Below, in pieces: positions 17,495 through 26,949 of a stretch of 64,000 bases of DNA. The first letter of the stretch is position 1. Each line of letters begins with the position of its first letter. The notes under the pieces are model-generated. The model saw nothing but the letters and a program-made list of their open reading frames with translations, ran no database searches and had not been told where the DNA came from. The position numbers and the translations under genes are program-made. Origin of the DNA: an uncultured Bacilli bacterium (GTDB lineage: Bacteria; Bacillota_I; Bacilli_A; RF39; UBA660). The stretch is from positions 14,088 to 78,087 of the forward strand of contig CAKOSN010000002.1 in assembly GCA_934102255.1 (NCBI GenBank), in the 5' to 3' direction.

Positions 17495-19308
17495 TTTTTA
17501 GGACTATAGGTATCAGGAATAGAAATTATTGGGTCATTAGGAATATCAATATATATTGCCTCATTATCGCTAGTAATACTAAAGTTTATAATGTCATTTT
17601 TTAGAGCAAAGCCAGCTGGTGGCTCTAACTCCTTAATATAATAAGTTCCCAGTGCTAAATTTTCTAAGGTTATTTTACCGTTAACATCAGTTAATGCTTC
17701 ATATACAAGGACATCATTACTATTAAAAAGACCAATTTTAACATTGCTTAAAGGCTCGTTAGTTAAGCTATTAACTTTAGTAATAGTAACACTTCCTTTT
17801 TTTAAATAATTTTTAATTGTAATATTTTTTATAACTGTTTCTTCTTGGTTTTCACTAGTTAAATCAATGTTATATTTTGTATCATCTAATTTGTAAATAT
17901 CATCGTTTTTTATTTCTTTTAAGTAATAGCTGCCTAAATAAAGGTCATCAAAGACAATCTTCCCTTCTTTATCAGTTATACCGCGATTAATTTCGGCATC
18001 TTTTGAGTAGATGACATTACCATTAATATCTTTAATCTCATTTTTCACATACAAAGCAATAGTAACATTTTCTAGAGTTTTAAAATAATAATTAAAATTG
18101 TTATTACTAGTATTAAGATTTTCTCCTAATTTTAGAGCAATAATTTTACCTTTGATTCTTTTATTATAAAATTTTGCCTCATAAGTAAGCAAATTATTAT
18201 CTGCCATTTTTACGTTTTCTTTAGTTAAATTAACTTGTAATGGTTCTTGATTCCAAATATAGCCTTCTAATTCATTATCTTCTTCAATTATTGCATATTT
18301 ACCATAATTTAGAGTTGGACTGGTTATAAAATAACCGTTTTCATTAGTTAAAAAGATATACTTATCTTCTTTGCTATCTGGATTTTCAAGATATTCATTG
18401 GTACTTAAATCCTTAATTTTAAACTTTAAATTAGCTATTTTAAGTGGCTTTTTAGTATCATAATCTATTTTAGTTACTTTAAGAGCTATACCATTAACGT
18501 TAATATTTAAAGTGATAGTAGTTGGACTAAAGGTGCCTGTTGCTAAAATGTTTTGATAATCACTGTGTTTATATATTAATGGATTAGCTAAATTCTTTTT
18601 ATCTTTTCTAATTAAAGTAATACTTTCTTTACCTGGCGAAAGTGTTTTAAATGTTAAAGAATTACCATTGATACTAGCAGGAATAGTTGAATCTAAAACT
18701 TCATAATTTTCTAAAACCATATTTGTATCATTTAGGGTTGTATTAGAATTAGCATTAATATTTATTTCGCCTTTAATAAAACTTATTTCTTTTTCATGAT
18801 TAGCTATAAGGCTTTCTAATTCGTTTATTTCATTTTGATAGGCATCTGCTTTTTTTGAACCATTTAGTTTTTCAGTAAAATAAAAATCATAATCAGGATT
18901 TACAGTTTTCCATATTAGGACTTGAGTTATTGCATACCATTTAGCATCTTCATGACCTTCATACATATAACCATAGTAACTAAGTAGATTAACTTTTCGC
19001 CAAACTTTATTAGAAAGATATAGATTGTTAGCATAATTATCTTGGAATTCTTGATAGATAGCACTTTTACTAAACGGTGCAAAAGGTTCTAGACAATAAA
19101 CAAACTGATTATCACTTTTCCTTCTTAAAATTTGACCTTGCTGATATCTTTTATAACCACTTGGTAAGGCTTTAGTTATATAAATATTGGGTATCCATTC
19201 TCCTTCATAAAATGATACTTCCTCATCACTAGCATTAACTTCTTTAATATTAAAGATAATACTGATAATCGCTATCGTTAAAATAGCTATCTTTTTAAAT
19301 CTTTTCAT
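17410..19308 (-). CDS. Cell-surface adhesin: signal peptide, thioester (TQxA-type) domain, repeated Cna-B/SpaA-like domains and a C-terminal sorting-signal-like tail
   Basis: Signal peptide MKRFKKIAILTIAIISIIFNIKEVNAS. VYCLEP (Cys72) and AITQVLIW (Gln129) match the thioester-domain Cys and TQxA(I/V)W motifs. Three G-x-Y-x-(I/L)-x-E modules are present (GKYAIIEED, GSYYLKEIK, GTYYIKELEPPAGF). The C-terminus is IPDTYS, then a hydrophobic stretch, then KRTKNLKS. Confidence 0.8.
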   Translation of the reverse strand: MKRFKKIAILTIAIISIIFNIKEVNASDEEVSFYEGEWIPNIYITKALPSGYKRYQQGQILRRKSDNQFVYCLEPFAPFSKSAIYQEFQDNYANNLYLSNKVWRKVNLLSYYGYMYEGHEDAKWYAITQVLIWKTVNPDYDFYFTEKLNGSKKADAYQNEINELESLIANHEKEISFIKGEININANSNTTLNDTNMVLENYEVLDSTIPASINGNSLTFKTLSPGKESITLIRKDKKNLANPLIYKHSDYQNILATGTFSPTTITLNINVNGIALKVTKIDYDTKKPLKIANLKFKIKDLSTNEYLENPDSKEDKYIFLTNENGYFITSPTLNYGKYAIIEEDNELEGYIWNQEPLQVNLTKENVKMADNNLLTYEAKFYNKRIKGKIIALKLGENLNTSNNNFNYYFKTLENVTIALYVKNEIKDINGNVIYSKDAEINRGITDKEGKIVFDDLYLGSYYLKEIKNDDIYKLDDTKYNIDLTSENQEETVIKNITIKNYLKKGSVTITKVNSLTNEPLSNVKIGLFNSNDVLVYEALTDVNGKITLENLALGTYYIKELEPPAGFALKNDIINFSITSDNEAIYIDIPNDPIISIPDTYSPKKWDIELLFLLESIILVTWIIKRTKNLKS

Positions 19309-19315
19309 AAAAAAT

Positions 19316-19334
19316 TCTCCCTTTCTCAGGGAGA
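19316..19334 (-). promoter_or_regulatory. Perfect 7-bp hairpin that sequesters the adhesin Shine-Dalgarno sequence, followed by a U-run
   Basis: Minus strand: UCUCCCU-gagaa-AGGGAGA-AUUUUUU-AUG. The 3' arm is the only SD for the ATG at 19308. Confidence 0.35.
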
Positions 19335-19475
19335 TAAATTAACAGTTTGCTTAAAGAATGTCAAAATACTATATTTAAAAGTTAGAACTAAACTTGTTAC
19401 TAAACACTAAGTTTAGTTAGACCAAAGTAATAGTTTGGAGTGATTTTTAAAGCTATAAAACTTTTTTAATAGTAT

Positions 19476-20426
19476 TTATGCATTGTTCATTAGATAAGAA
19501 AATATTAGATAAGCTGTTTTTAATGAATCATGACGATAAACAGAATCTTCTACTTTAGCTAGATTATCGGCTAAGACTTCAACATTAAGTTTTTTTAGAT
19601 TATCCATATCTAATTGTACTGGGTCTTTTTGCTCTTTGGTTTGATATATATTAACTAATTCGTTATTTAACATGTTATTATTAGCAACAACCACGTTAAT
19701 GTTTTTTGAACCTAAATAGTTTTCTAAAGTTTTAATATGGTCGCTAACAGTAAAGTTATCTGTTTCCCCAGGCTGCGTAAATAAGTTACAAATATACATC
19801 TTAGGAGCTTTAGCTTTTTTAATTGCTCTTACTAGCTCTTTATTTATTAGATGAGGAGCAATACTAGTTAAAAGAGAACCTGAGGAAAAGATTATTAAAT
19901 CAGCATTATTAACAGCTTCTAAAACATCAGGATTAACGGTAATCTTACGATTATATTCGACCTTTTTAATTTTACTAGCACATTTTGTGATTTGTTCTTC
20001 ACCAATAATTTTCTTACCATTTTCAGTTATTCCTATTAAGTCAGCATTATCTTCGGTTAAAGGAAGTATATTACCTTTAATGTTTAGCAAATTCATCATT
20101 ACAGGAATACTACTCTTAAAGTTGCCTTTTATATCTAATAACGCACTTAATAAGAGATTTTTGATAGAATGATTACCTAGCGTTTTTGATTTTGTAAAAC
20201 GATAATTTAACATATTTAAAGTATCACTATCTAAATTAGACATGGCAAGCATTACTTTGGAAATATCACCTACTGCAGGGATATTTAAGTCTTTTCTTAG
20301 TCTTCCTGTTGACGCACCGTTATCTGCAACGGAAACAACAGCTGTTATATCTAATGGGAATAGCTTTAATCCTTTTAAAATTTGGGAAAGACCAGAGCCA
20401 CCGCCAAAAATTACTATCTTTTTCAT
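19476..20426 (-). CDS. yvcK: YvcK/UPF0052 (CofD-like) gluconeogenesis/cell-shape factor
   Basis: 316 aa. The N-terminus KIVIFGGGSGLSQILKGLK and the overall CofD-like pattern. Confidence 0.85.
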   Translation of the reverse strand: MKKIVIFGGGSGLSQILKGLKLFPLDITAVVSVADNGASTGRLRKDLNIPAVGDISKVMLAMSNLDSDTLNMLNYRFTKSKTLGNHSIKNLLLSALLDIKGNFKSSIPVMMNLLNIKGNILPLTEDNADLIGITENGKKIIGEEQITKCASKIKKVEYNRKITVNPDVLEAVNNADLIIFSSGSLLTSIAPHLINKELVRAIKKAKAPKMYICNLFTQPGETDNFTVSDHIKTLENYLGSKNINVVVANNNMLNNELVNIYQTKEQKDPVQLDMDNLKKLNVEVLADNLAKVEDSVYRHDSLKTAYLIFSYLMNNA

Positions 20427-20465
20427 TTATTTTATCACCATTATTAAGTATACGCTAAAACGGCT

Positions 20466-21449
20466 TTAATTACTACCCTTTTCACCTTGTTCTAACATGT
20501 TTATAATACTGATACCATATCCCGTTTTGACATTATCTATAGTAACATGAGTAACAGCACCAATTAATTTACCATTTTGAACGATTGGCGAACCACTCAT
20601 ACCCTGAACGATACCACCGGCATCTTTTATTAAGTTTTCATCGTTAATTTCAAAGTAAATATTTTTAATAGCACTATTTTTATCTATTTTTAAAATATTA
20701 ATTGTATATTCTTTAGTTTCGCCTTGATATAAGGAAGTATAAATGGTGGCTTTTCCTAGTTTTACTTCATCTATTTTAGCAACAGGGATAGTTTTATTAT
20801 CATTTGGAATATTATTATATGTACCGAAGATACCAGAATTAGTATTTTGAGTTATTGTACCATAAACATTTTGACGATAAAATTTAGTATTAATACTACC
20901 GGGATTACCGTCAGTACTTTTGGTAATGTTAGTAATTACACTTTTAAATATTGAACCATCGCTTATTTTTATGGCTTCATTAGTGTTACTATCTATTATA
21001 TAGTGGCCTAAAGCACCGTAAATTTTAGTTTCTGGGTCAATATAAGTAAGTGTACCATTACCTAGAAGGTTATCTTTAACATAAATTCCGGTTTTATATG
21101 AACCATTAGTCTTTTCTAATTTTAATTTAGTTGTATATTCTTTTTCATTACGTAAATAAGTTATTTCAACTTGGTTATCAGTTGCATATTCTTCAATTTT
21201 ACTAACGAGTTCTTTGATGTTTTTAATTTCTTCGTTATTTACTCTTATAATATAATCACCGATTAATAAACGGCTAGCATTATATATATTATTTACTTTG
21301 TAAAATCCTACTACTAGAACACCTTTACTATTGATAGAAATGCCAACGTTTTGACCACCTAAAATTACTTCATTTGAGTAAGCCGAAACCATTAATGGCA
21401 TTAACCATAATAATAAGAAGGCAATTATTTTTTTATTTATATTTTTCAT
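20466..21449 (-). CDS. spoIVB: SpoIVB-type serine peptidase (S55) with PDZ domain
   Basis: Signal/TM N-terminus, a PDZ-like segment (GDYIIRVNNEEIKN), a His motif YGALGHYI and a Ser motif GIVQGMSGSPIV. The start at 21449 (MKNINKK) is preferred because GGTGA lies upstream. Confidence 0.78.
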   Translation of the reverse strand: MKNINKKIIAFLLLWLMPLMVSAYSNEVILGGQNVGISINSKGVLVVGFYKVNNIYNASRLLIGDYIIRVNNEEIKNIKELVSKIEEYATDNQVEITYLRNEKEYTTKLKLEKTNGSYKTGIYVKDNLLGNGTLTYIDPETKIYGALGHYIIDSNTNEAIKISDGSIFKSVITNITKSTDGNPGSINTKFYRQNVYGTITQNTNSGIFGTYNNIPNDNKTIPVAKIDEVKLGKATIYTSLYQGETKEYTINILKIDKNSAIKNIYFEINDENLIKDAGGIVQGMSGSPIVQNGKLIGAVTHVTIDNVKTGYGISIINMLEQGEKGSN

Positions 21450-21506
21450 ACACTTCACCATTAGTAGTATGATTTCTTTAACAAGTATTATGGTGGAAAT
21501 ATTTGG

Positions 21507-21539
21507 AAAAGAAAAAACTGTAGTCTTTTTACCACAGTT
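21507..21539 (-). terminator. Intrinsic terminator downstream of xseB
   Basis: Minus strand: AACUGUGG-uaaaaaga-CUACAGUU (8-bp stem with one G-U pair), followed by UUUUUUCUUUU. Confidence 0.55.
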
Positions 21540-21548
21540 TAAGGTTCT

Positions 21549-21782
21549 TTAATTTTTATTTTCATCAATGCTGAAGTCTTCTAAAGTATTATTTTCTGTT
21601 AATATTTTATTAATACTTTCTTTAGCATTATTTAGTTTATCTCCGCATACTTTGGCTAGTTGCATGGCTTCACTATATTTGGCTATAGCTTTATCTAAGT
21701 CTACGTTACCAGCCTCTAATTCTTTAACAATGTTTTCTAATTCTAATAAATTTTCTTCAAATGTTTTATCATTCTTAGTCAT
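21549..21782 (-). CDS. xseB: Exodeoxyribonuclease VII small subunit
   Basis: 77 aa. FEENLLELENIVKELEAGNVDLDKAI is the typical XseB pattern. It overlaps the xseA stop. Confidence 0.9.
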   Translation of the reverse strand: MTKNDKTFEENLLELENIVKELEAGNVDLDKAIAKYSEAMQLAKVCGDKLNNAKESINKILTENNTLEDFSIDENKN

Positions 21783-23049
21783 TTTTTATCTCCTTACTTA
21801 CTACTTTAGCTTTAATATTACCATCTTTTAAATTAATATCAATATTATCATTTACTTTTACTAGTTTAACACTGGTAATAACTTCATCTTTATTTTTTAC
21901 AATGCTATAACCACTTTCTAATAGTTTCATAGGATTTAAAACAGTAATAGTCTTTAGTAAAATATTAAACTGATATTCTTTATTTTCTAATATCTTTATT
22001 GGTTCTTTAAATAATTTATTATCAATAATTTTATGATATTTTAAATCGTCTTCTTTGATTTTACTAGTTATAAAAAGCTGCAAACGATCAAGCAAATTAT
22101 CTAACTTTTGTTCTTTTATTTCGTAAATACTTAATGGATTTTTTAAAATTTGTTTACTAGTTATGGCTTCTAGTCGATTAGTGTTACTATCAATTTTATT
22201 TTGAATGGCTTTAGTAGCTCTAATTTTTAACTGATTAAATAAGTTATTTAAGTCGGTAATATTAGGAACAGCCATTTCGGCAGCGCCAGTTGGTGTTGGC
22301 GCTCTTAAATCAGCTACAAAATCTGCGATAGTAAAGTCTATTTCATGCCCAACAGCACTGATTACGGGTATTTTAGAATCATAAATAGCTCTTGCTACTA
22401 CTTCTTCATTAAAACACCATAAATCTTCGATAGAACCGCCACCACGGCCACAAATTATAACATCTAAATCGTATTCTTGGGCTTTCTTTAATTGTTTAGT
22501 AACTGATTCTTTAGCTCCTTCGCCTTGAACTAAAGCGGGAAAAAGAATAGTTTTAGCAATAGGATATCTTCTTTTTATAGTACTTAGGATATCTCTAATT
22601 GCCGCCCCAGTTGGTGCTGTTATAATACCAATCGTTTTAGGATATTTGGGAATAGCTTTCTTATGTTCCGGATTAAATAAACCTTCACTGGCTAATTTTT
22701 TCTTTAGTTTTTCAAATTCAAGGTAAAGATTACCAATTCCGTCCATTTCCATTGTATTTACATATATTTGATAGGAGCCTGTGGCTTCATAAACGCTAAT
22801 TCTACCGCTTACTAAGACTTTCATACCGTCTTCAGGTTTAAAATTAACTTTAGAAGCATTAAAATTAAACATTACTGCGGAAAGTCTAGAATTTTCATCT
22901 TTTAAAGTGAAGTAAAAATGTCCACGAGTATGATGTTTAAAATTAGATATTTCCCCTTTTAAATAGACATTATTTAAGTTAGAGTCTATATCAAATTTAG
23001 CTTTTATATAACGATTTAAGTCGGAAATTGTTATATATTTGATATCCAT
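21775..23049 (-). CDS. xseA: Exodeoxyribonuclease VII large subunit
   Basis: 424 aa. N-terminal OB fold (VYLKGEISNFKHHTRGHFYFTLKD), a catalytic core (GIITAPTGAAIRD, RGGGSIEDLW) and a coiled-coil tail. Confidence 0.93.
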   Translation of the reverse strand: MDIKYITISDLNRYIKAKFDIDSNLNNVYLKGEISNFKHHTRGHFYFTLKDENSRLSAVMFNFNASKVNFKPEDGMKVLVSGRISVYEATGSYQIYVNTMEMDGIGNLYLEFEKLKKKLASEGLFNPEHKKAIPKYPKTIGIITAPTGAAIRDILSTIKRRYPIAKTILFPALVQGEGAKESVTKQLKKAQEYDLDVIICGRGGGSIEDLWCFNEEVVARAIYDSKIPVISAVGHEIDFTIADFVADLRAPTPTGAAEMAVPNITDLNNLFNQLKIRATKAIQNKIDSNTNRLEAITSKQILKNPLSIYEIKEQKLDNLLDRLQLFITSKIKEDDLKYHKIIDNKLFKEPIKILENKEYQFNILLKTITVLNPMKLLESGYSIVKNKDEVITSVKLVKVNDNIDINLKDGNIKAKVVSKEIKND

Positions 23050-23056
23050 ATAATAA

Positions 23057-23449
23057 TCACTCTTTTATCATTTTATCTAAAACAGCATTGATAATTTTTC
23101 TTACTGAATCATCTGAGTACTTTTTAGCTAGCTCTACTGCTTCATTTATAACGACAATATGTGGAGTATCAGTGTATTTTAGTTCATAAATAGCCATTTT
23201 TAAAATAGCGGCTCCGGTTTTATCAATACGGCTAATATCCCAGTTTTTCATGTATTTATTAGCAATATTTATAATTTCATCTTCGTAAGTTATAACACCA
23301 TAAACGATATCTCTTACAAATTCGTTATCTATATCTAAATTAGCACTGATTATTTCCTCAACGTTATAATCAATGTGTTGACTTCTGTTAATATCGATTT
23401 GGTATAAAATAACCATTATTTTTTCTCTTAATTCACTTCTTGATTTCAT
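23057..23449 (-). CDS. nusB: Transcription antitermination factor NusB
   Basis: 130 aa with the NusB helical pattern (RxxxRExxxxxLYQ..., AILKMAIYEL, INEAVELAK). nusB-xseA-xseB synteny. Confidence 0.9.
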   Translation of the reverse strand: MKSRSELREKIMVILYQIDINRSQHIDYNVEEIISANLDIDNEFVRDIVYGVITYEDEIINIANKYMKNWDISRIDKTGAAILKMAIYELKYTDTPHIVVINEAVELAKKYSDDSVRKIINAVLDKMIKE

Positions 23450-23522
23450 ATATATCTATTAATCTTTTATGATTAATTCCTTTCTTTTTCTAATATAACA
23501 TATTATTTTCTAATTTTTAAGA

Positions 23523-26105
23523 TTATTTAATTAAGCCTTTTAACTTATATAATTCATTTAAGGCATCGATTGGACGCAAATTATCTAAATTTAAATTAGT
23601 AATTTCCGTTAAAAGCTCTTGATTAGAATTAGTTTTTGTGTAATCTTCTGAAGGTTCTTTTACTACTTCTTTTTCTTTCTTTTCTTCTTCTACTAAGTCA
23701 AATAGACTTACTTGTTTGACACTAGTTTTTATATCAGAGTCCTCATATTCTTTTAATATAGCATTAGCTCTTTTTAATAATTCTTCAGGCATTTTAGCAA
23801 GACGTGCGACATGAATACCATATGATTTATCGATTGGACCATTACTTACTTTATGCAAGAAGGTTACCGTACCATTTTCTTCATGTGCTTCAACATGAAC
23901 ATTTTTAATAGTTTTTATCTCATTTGCAAGTGTTGTTAATTCATGGTAATGGGTTGAGAATAATGTTTTACATTTAATGTTTTTACTTATATACTCTAAA
24001 ATAGCTTGAGCTAGACTCATACCGTCATAGGTAGCTGTTCCACGACCTAATTCATCAAATAAAATAAGGGAGTTAGGAGTGGCATTAGTAATAGCATTGC
24101 AAGCTTCTTTCATTTCAACCATGAATGTTGATTCACCGCTTACTAAGTCATCAGAGGCGCCAATACGGGTAAAGATTTTATCAATAATTGGTAGAGTTGC
24201 TTTTTTAGCTGGAACAAAGGAACCAGTTTGAGCCATTATAACAATGATAGCTAGCTGACGCATAAATGTTGATTTACCACTCATGTTAGGACCAGTTATT
24301 AAAAGAGTGTTAACATTTTCAGGCATGAAGCAATCGTTTGGAACATATAAACCGTTACTTACGGCTTCAACTACAGGATGACGTCCGTCTTTTATTTTAA
24401 TTTCATTTTCAGTTGTTAAGGTTGGTCTTACTAAGTTATATTCCTCGGCACAAACAGCAAGAGAAATTAAAGCATCTATCTCACTTAGAATCTCAGCATC
24501 TTTCTTTAAGCTAAATATATGTTCTTTAACTTTGTCTTTTAATTCATTAAATAAATTATATTCTAAGTCGATAATGCGTTCTTCAGCATTTAAAATTAGA
24601 GCTTCTTTTTCTTTTAAGGCTGGCGAAATGAAACGTTCACAGTTAGTTAAGGTTTGTCTACGTTCCCAGCCGAAGTCTTCCATAACCATTTTACTTTGAC
24701 CCTTAGATACTTCAATGTAATAACCAAATATCTTATTATAACCAACTTTTAAGTTCTTAATACCTGTTTCTTCTTTTAAAGTTTCTTCAAAAGAGGCAAT
24801 AAATTCTTTACCACCACTACGAATACTTCGTAATTCATCTAACTCTTTATTATAGCCTGATTTAATTAAGGAGCCTTCACGTACTGTAACAGGAGGATTT
24901 TCAAAGACGGCTTGTTCTAATAAATTATAAACCTCAGTATTAGGGTCTAATTCATAATTAAAGCCAAGTTTTTTAACATCATCAATAATATTAGGTAATA
25001 TGCCTAGACTTTTTTTAATTTGTAGTAAATCTCTAGCATTCATATTGCCAGAAATTAGTTTTCCACATAATCTTTGCAAGTCATAAACTTGATATAAATA
25101 CTCTCTTAATTCATCTTTAATAATAAACTCAGTATTGATTTTTTCAATGGCATCGTATCTTTTATTTAACTCCTCTATATCTTTTAAGGGGTGAAGTAAC
25201 CAGCTTTTAAGTTTACGAGAACCCATTGCTGTTTTACACTTATCTAATAGCCATAATAAACTATAGGTTCTTTCTTTTAAACGAATGGTTTCAAATAGTT
25301 CTAAATTACGGACGGTATGGATATCCATATTTAAGTATTTATCTTTATCAATAACGTTTATTTCACGGATATTAGATATATCTTTCATATTAGTTACTAC
25401 TAAGTAATAAAATAAATGTTTAAGACCAGTAACGAACTTATCATCTAAATCTTTATAAAGATAAGGATAATCTTCTTCTAAGTAATGATTACTATAAGAT
25501 ATTTCAATACCATAGTTATTTTTTAGAATTTGAACTAAAGAAAGATTACTATTATCAATTAAAATAACTTCTTTAATTCCTAAGTTAATTATCTCACTAA
25601 GTAAGGAATCGTTATTATGTTTTATTTGGCTTACCATGCATTCACCAGTAGAAATATCAGCATAAGTTAGTATATAAGTGTTGCCATAATCTAAAACGCT
25701 TGCTATGTAGTTATTATCTTTGGGTTGCATCATTTCATAATCAGTTAAAGTTCCCTTACTGATTACTTGAATAACTCCCCTTTTTACCATCCCTTTAGTG
25801 GTTTTAGGGTCTTCTAATTGTTCACATATAGCAACCTTATAACCTTTATCAATCAGTTTTTCAATATAAGGTTTAACAGAATGAAAAGGTACACCACACA
25901 TGGGTATACGCTCACTTATACCGGCATTTTTGCCTGTCAGAGTCAATTCTAATTCTCTAGCGGCCGTTTCACCGTCTTCAAAAAATAATTCATAAAAATC
26001 GCCAATACGATAAAATAATAATTCTTCTAAATGTTTATTTTTAATATCCAAATATTGTTGCATCATTGGACTTAATTCTTCATACTTTACTTCATTTCTC
26101 TTCAT
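23523..26105 (-). CDS. mutS: DNA mismatch repair protein MutS
   Basis: 860 aa. N-terminal mismatch-binding motif (TPMMQQY, GDFYELF), Walker A GPNMSGKST, and DELGRGT. Confidence 0.95.
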   Translation of the reverse strand: MKRNEVKYEELSPMMQQYLDIKNKHLEELLFYRIGDFYELFFEDGETAARELELTLTGKNAGISERIPMCGVPFHSVKPYIEKLIDKGYKVAICEQLEDPKTTKGMVKRGVIQVISKGTLTDYEMMQPKDNNYIASVLDYGNTYILTYADISTGECMVSQIKHNNDSLLSEIINLGIKEVILIDNSNLSLVQILKNNYGIEISYSNHYLEEDYPYLYKDLDDKFVTGLKHLFYYLVVTNMKDISNIREINVIDKDKYLNMDIHTVRNLELFETIRLKERTYSLLWLLDKCKTAMGSRKLKSWLLHPLKDIEELNKRYDAIEKINTEFIIKDELREYLYQVYDLQRLCGKLISGNMNARDLLQIKKSLGILPNIIDDVKKLGFNYELDPNTEVYNLLEQAVFENPPVTVREGSLIKSGYNKELDELRSIRSGGKEFIASFEETLKEETGIKNLKVGYNKIFGYYIEVSKGQSKMVMEDFGWERRQTLTNCERFISPALKEKEALILNAEERIIDLEYNLFNELKDKVKEHIFSLKKDAEILSEIDALISLAVCAEEYNLVRPTLTTENEIKIKDGRHPVVEAVSNGLYVPNDCFMPENVNTLLITGPNMSGKSTFMRQLAIIVIMAQTGSFVPAKKATLPIIDKIFTRIGASDDLVSGESTFMVEMKEACNAITNATPNSLILFDELGRGTATYDGMSLAQAILEYISKNIKCKTLFSTHYHELTTLANEIKTIKNVHVEAHEENGTVTFLHKVSNGPIDKSYGIHVARLAKMPEELLKRANAILKEYEDSDIKTSVKQVSLFDLVEEEKKEKEVVKEPSEDYTKTNSNQELLTEITNLNLDNLRPIDALNELYKLKGLIK

Positions 26106-26231
26106 CTGTACATCACGAAACTTATTGTATCAAATTTAGTATTTAAAGTCCACGTTATATCAGTAAGTATTTGTAAAAATCTTTATATTTGTCTCTTAAT
26201 TTCAAAGGAAAAATCGGTATCTTGGTATCTC

Positions 26232-26882
26232 TTAACGATTAACATCTTTATTTTTTATAATATAAATTTTCTTTTTCTTAAAGAAAGCATAGAAAATATC
26301 GGTTGGTCCTAAGGACTTTTCATGCAAATTTTCTAAAAGCCAGTCTTTACTTTTATTTATATGAATTAATGTATCATTTTGAATAACGCCGTCTATTATT
26401 AAAGCCATGGGATAAGAGCTTTTAAGCTTCAATAAGTTATAAGGAAATATAGACAATTTACCGTTAGGCTCTAAAAAGGCATACTCGATTTCTTCAATAC
26501 TTTTAATACTATTCTGGCGTAACTGAAATAATAAATCATCAATCGAGTAACGAGATTTAACCATTTCTTTATAGTTTATTTTGCCATTGGATATAATAAG
26601 AGAAGGTTTACCGTCTAAAAAGTTACGGACTTTCTTTGATTTAATTGACAAATAAGCTAAAATAACTTCCATTATTACTAAAACGGTTATAGGAATTACG
26701 GTATTTAATATCGTATCGTTGAAATTTTCAATAGAAATAGCTACTAGCTCAGCTATAAGAATAGAAACTATAAGGTCAGTTGTTCCTAGTTGACCTATTT
26801 CACGTTTTCCCATAATTCGATAAGAAACTAAAATAAAAAAATAGAAAAAAATCGTTTTTAAAGTAATTATTACTAAGTCCAC
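26232..26882 (-). CDS. DUF421 (YetF/YrbG-like) membrane protein
   Basis: 216 aa. An N-terminal pair of TM helices with RIMGKREIGQLGTTDLIVSILIAE, then a soluble C-terminal domain. Confidence 0.65.
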   Translation of the reverse strand: MDLVIITLKTIFFYFFILVSYRIMGKREIGQLGTTDLIVSILIAELVAISIENFNDTILNTVIPITVLVIMEVILAYLSIKSKKVRNFLDGKPSLIISNGKINYKEMVKSRYSIDDLLFQLRQNSIKSIEEIEYAFLEPNGKLSIFPYNLLKLKSSYPMALIIDGVIQNDTLIHINKSKDWLLENLHEKSLGPTDIFYAFFKKKKIYIIKNKDVNR

Positions 26883-26949
26883 TTATATCACCATTTATAT
26901 TATGAGTAATTTATAATAATTTTAAACATATATTTTATTAGGTGATTTT

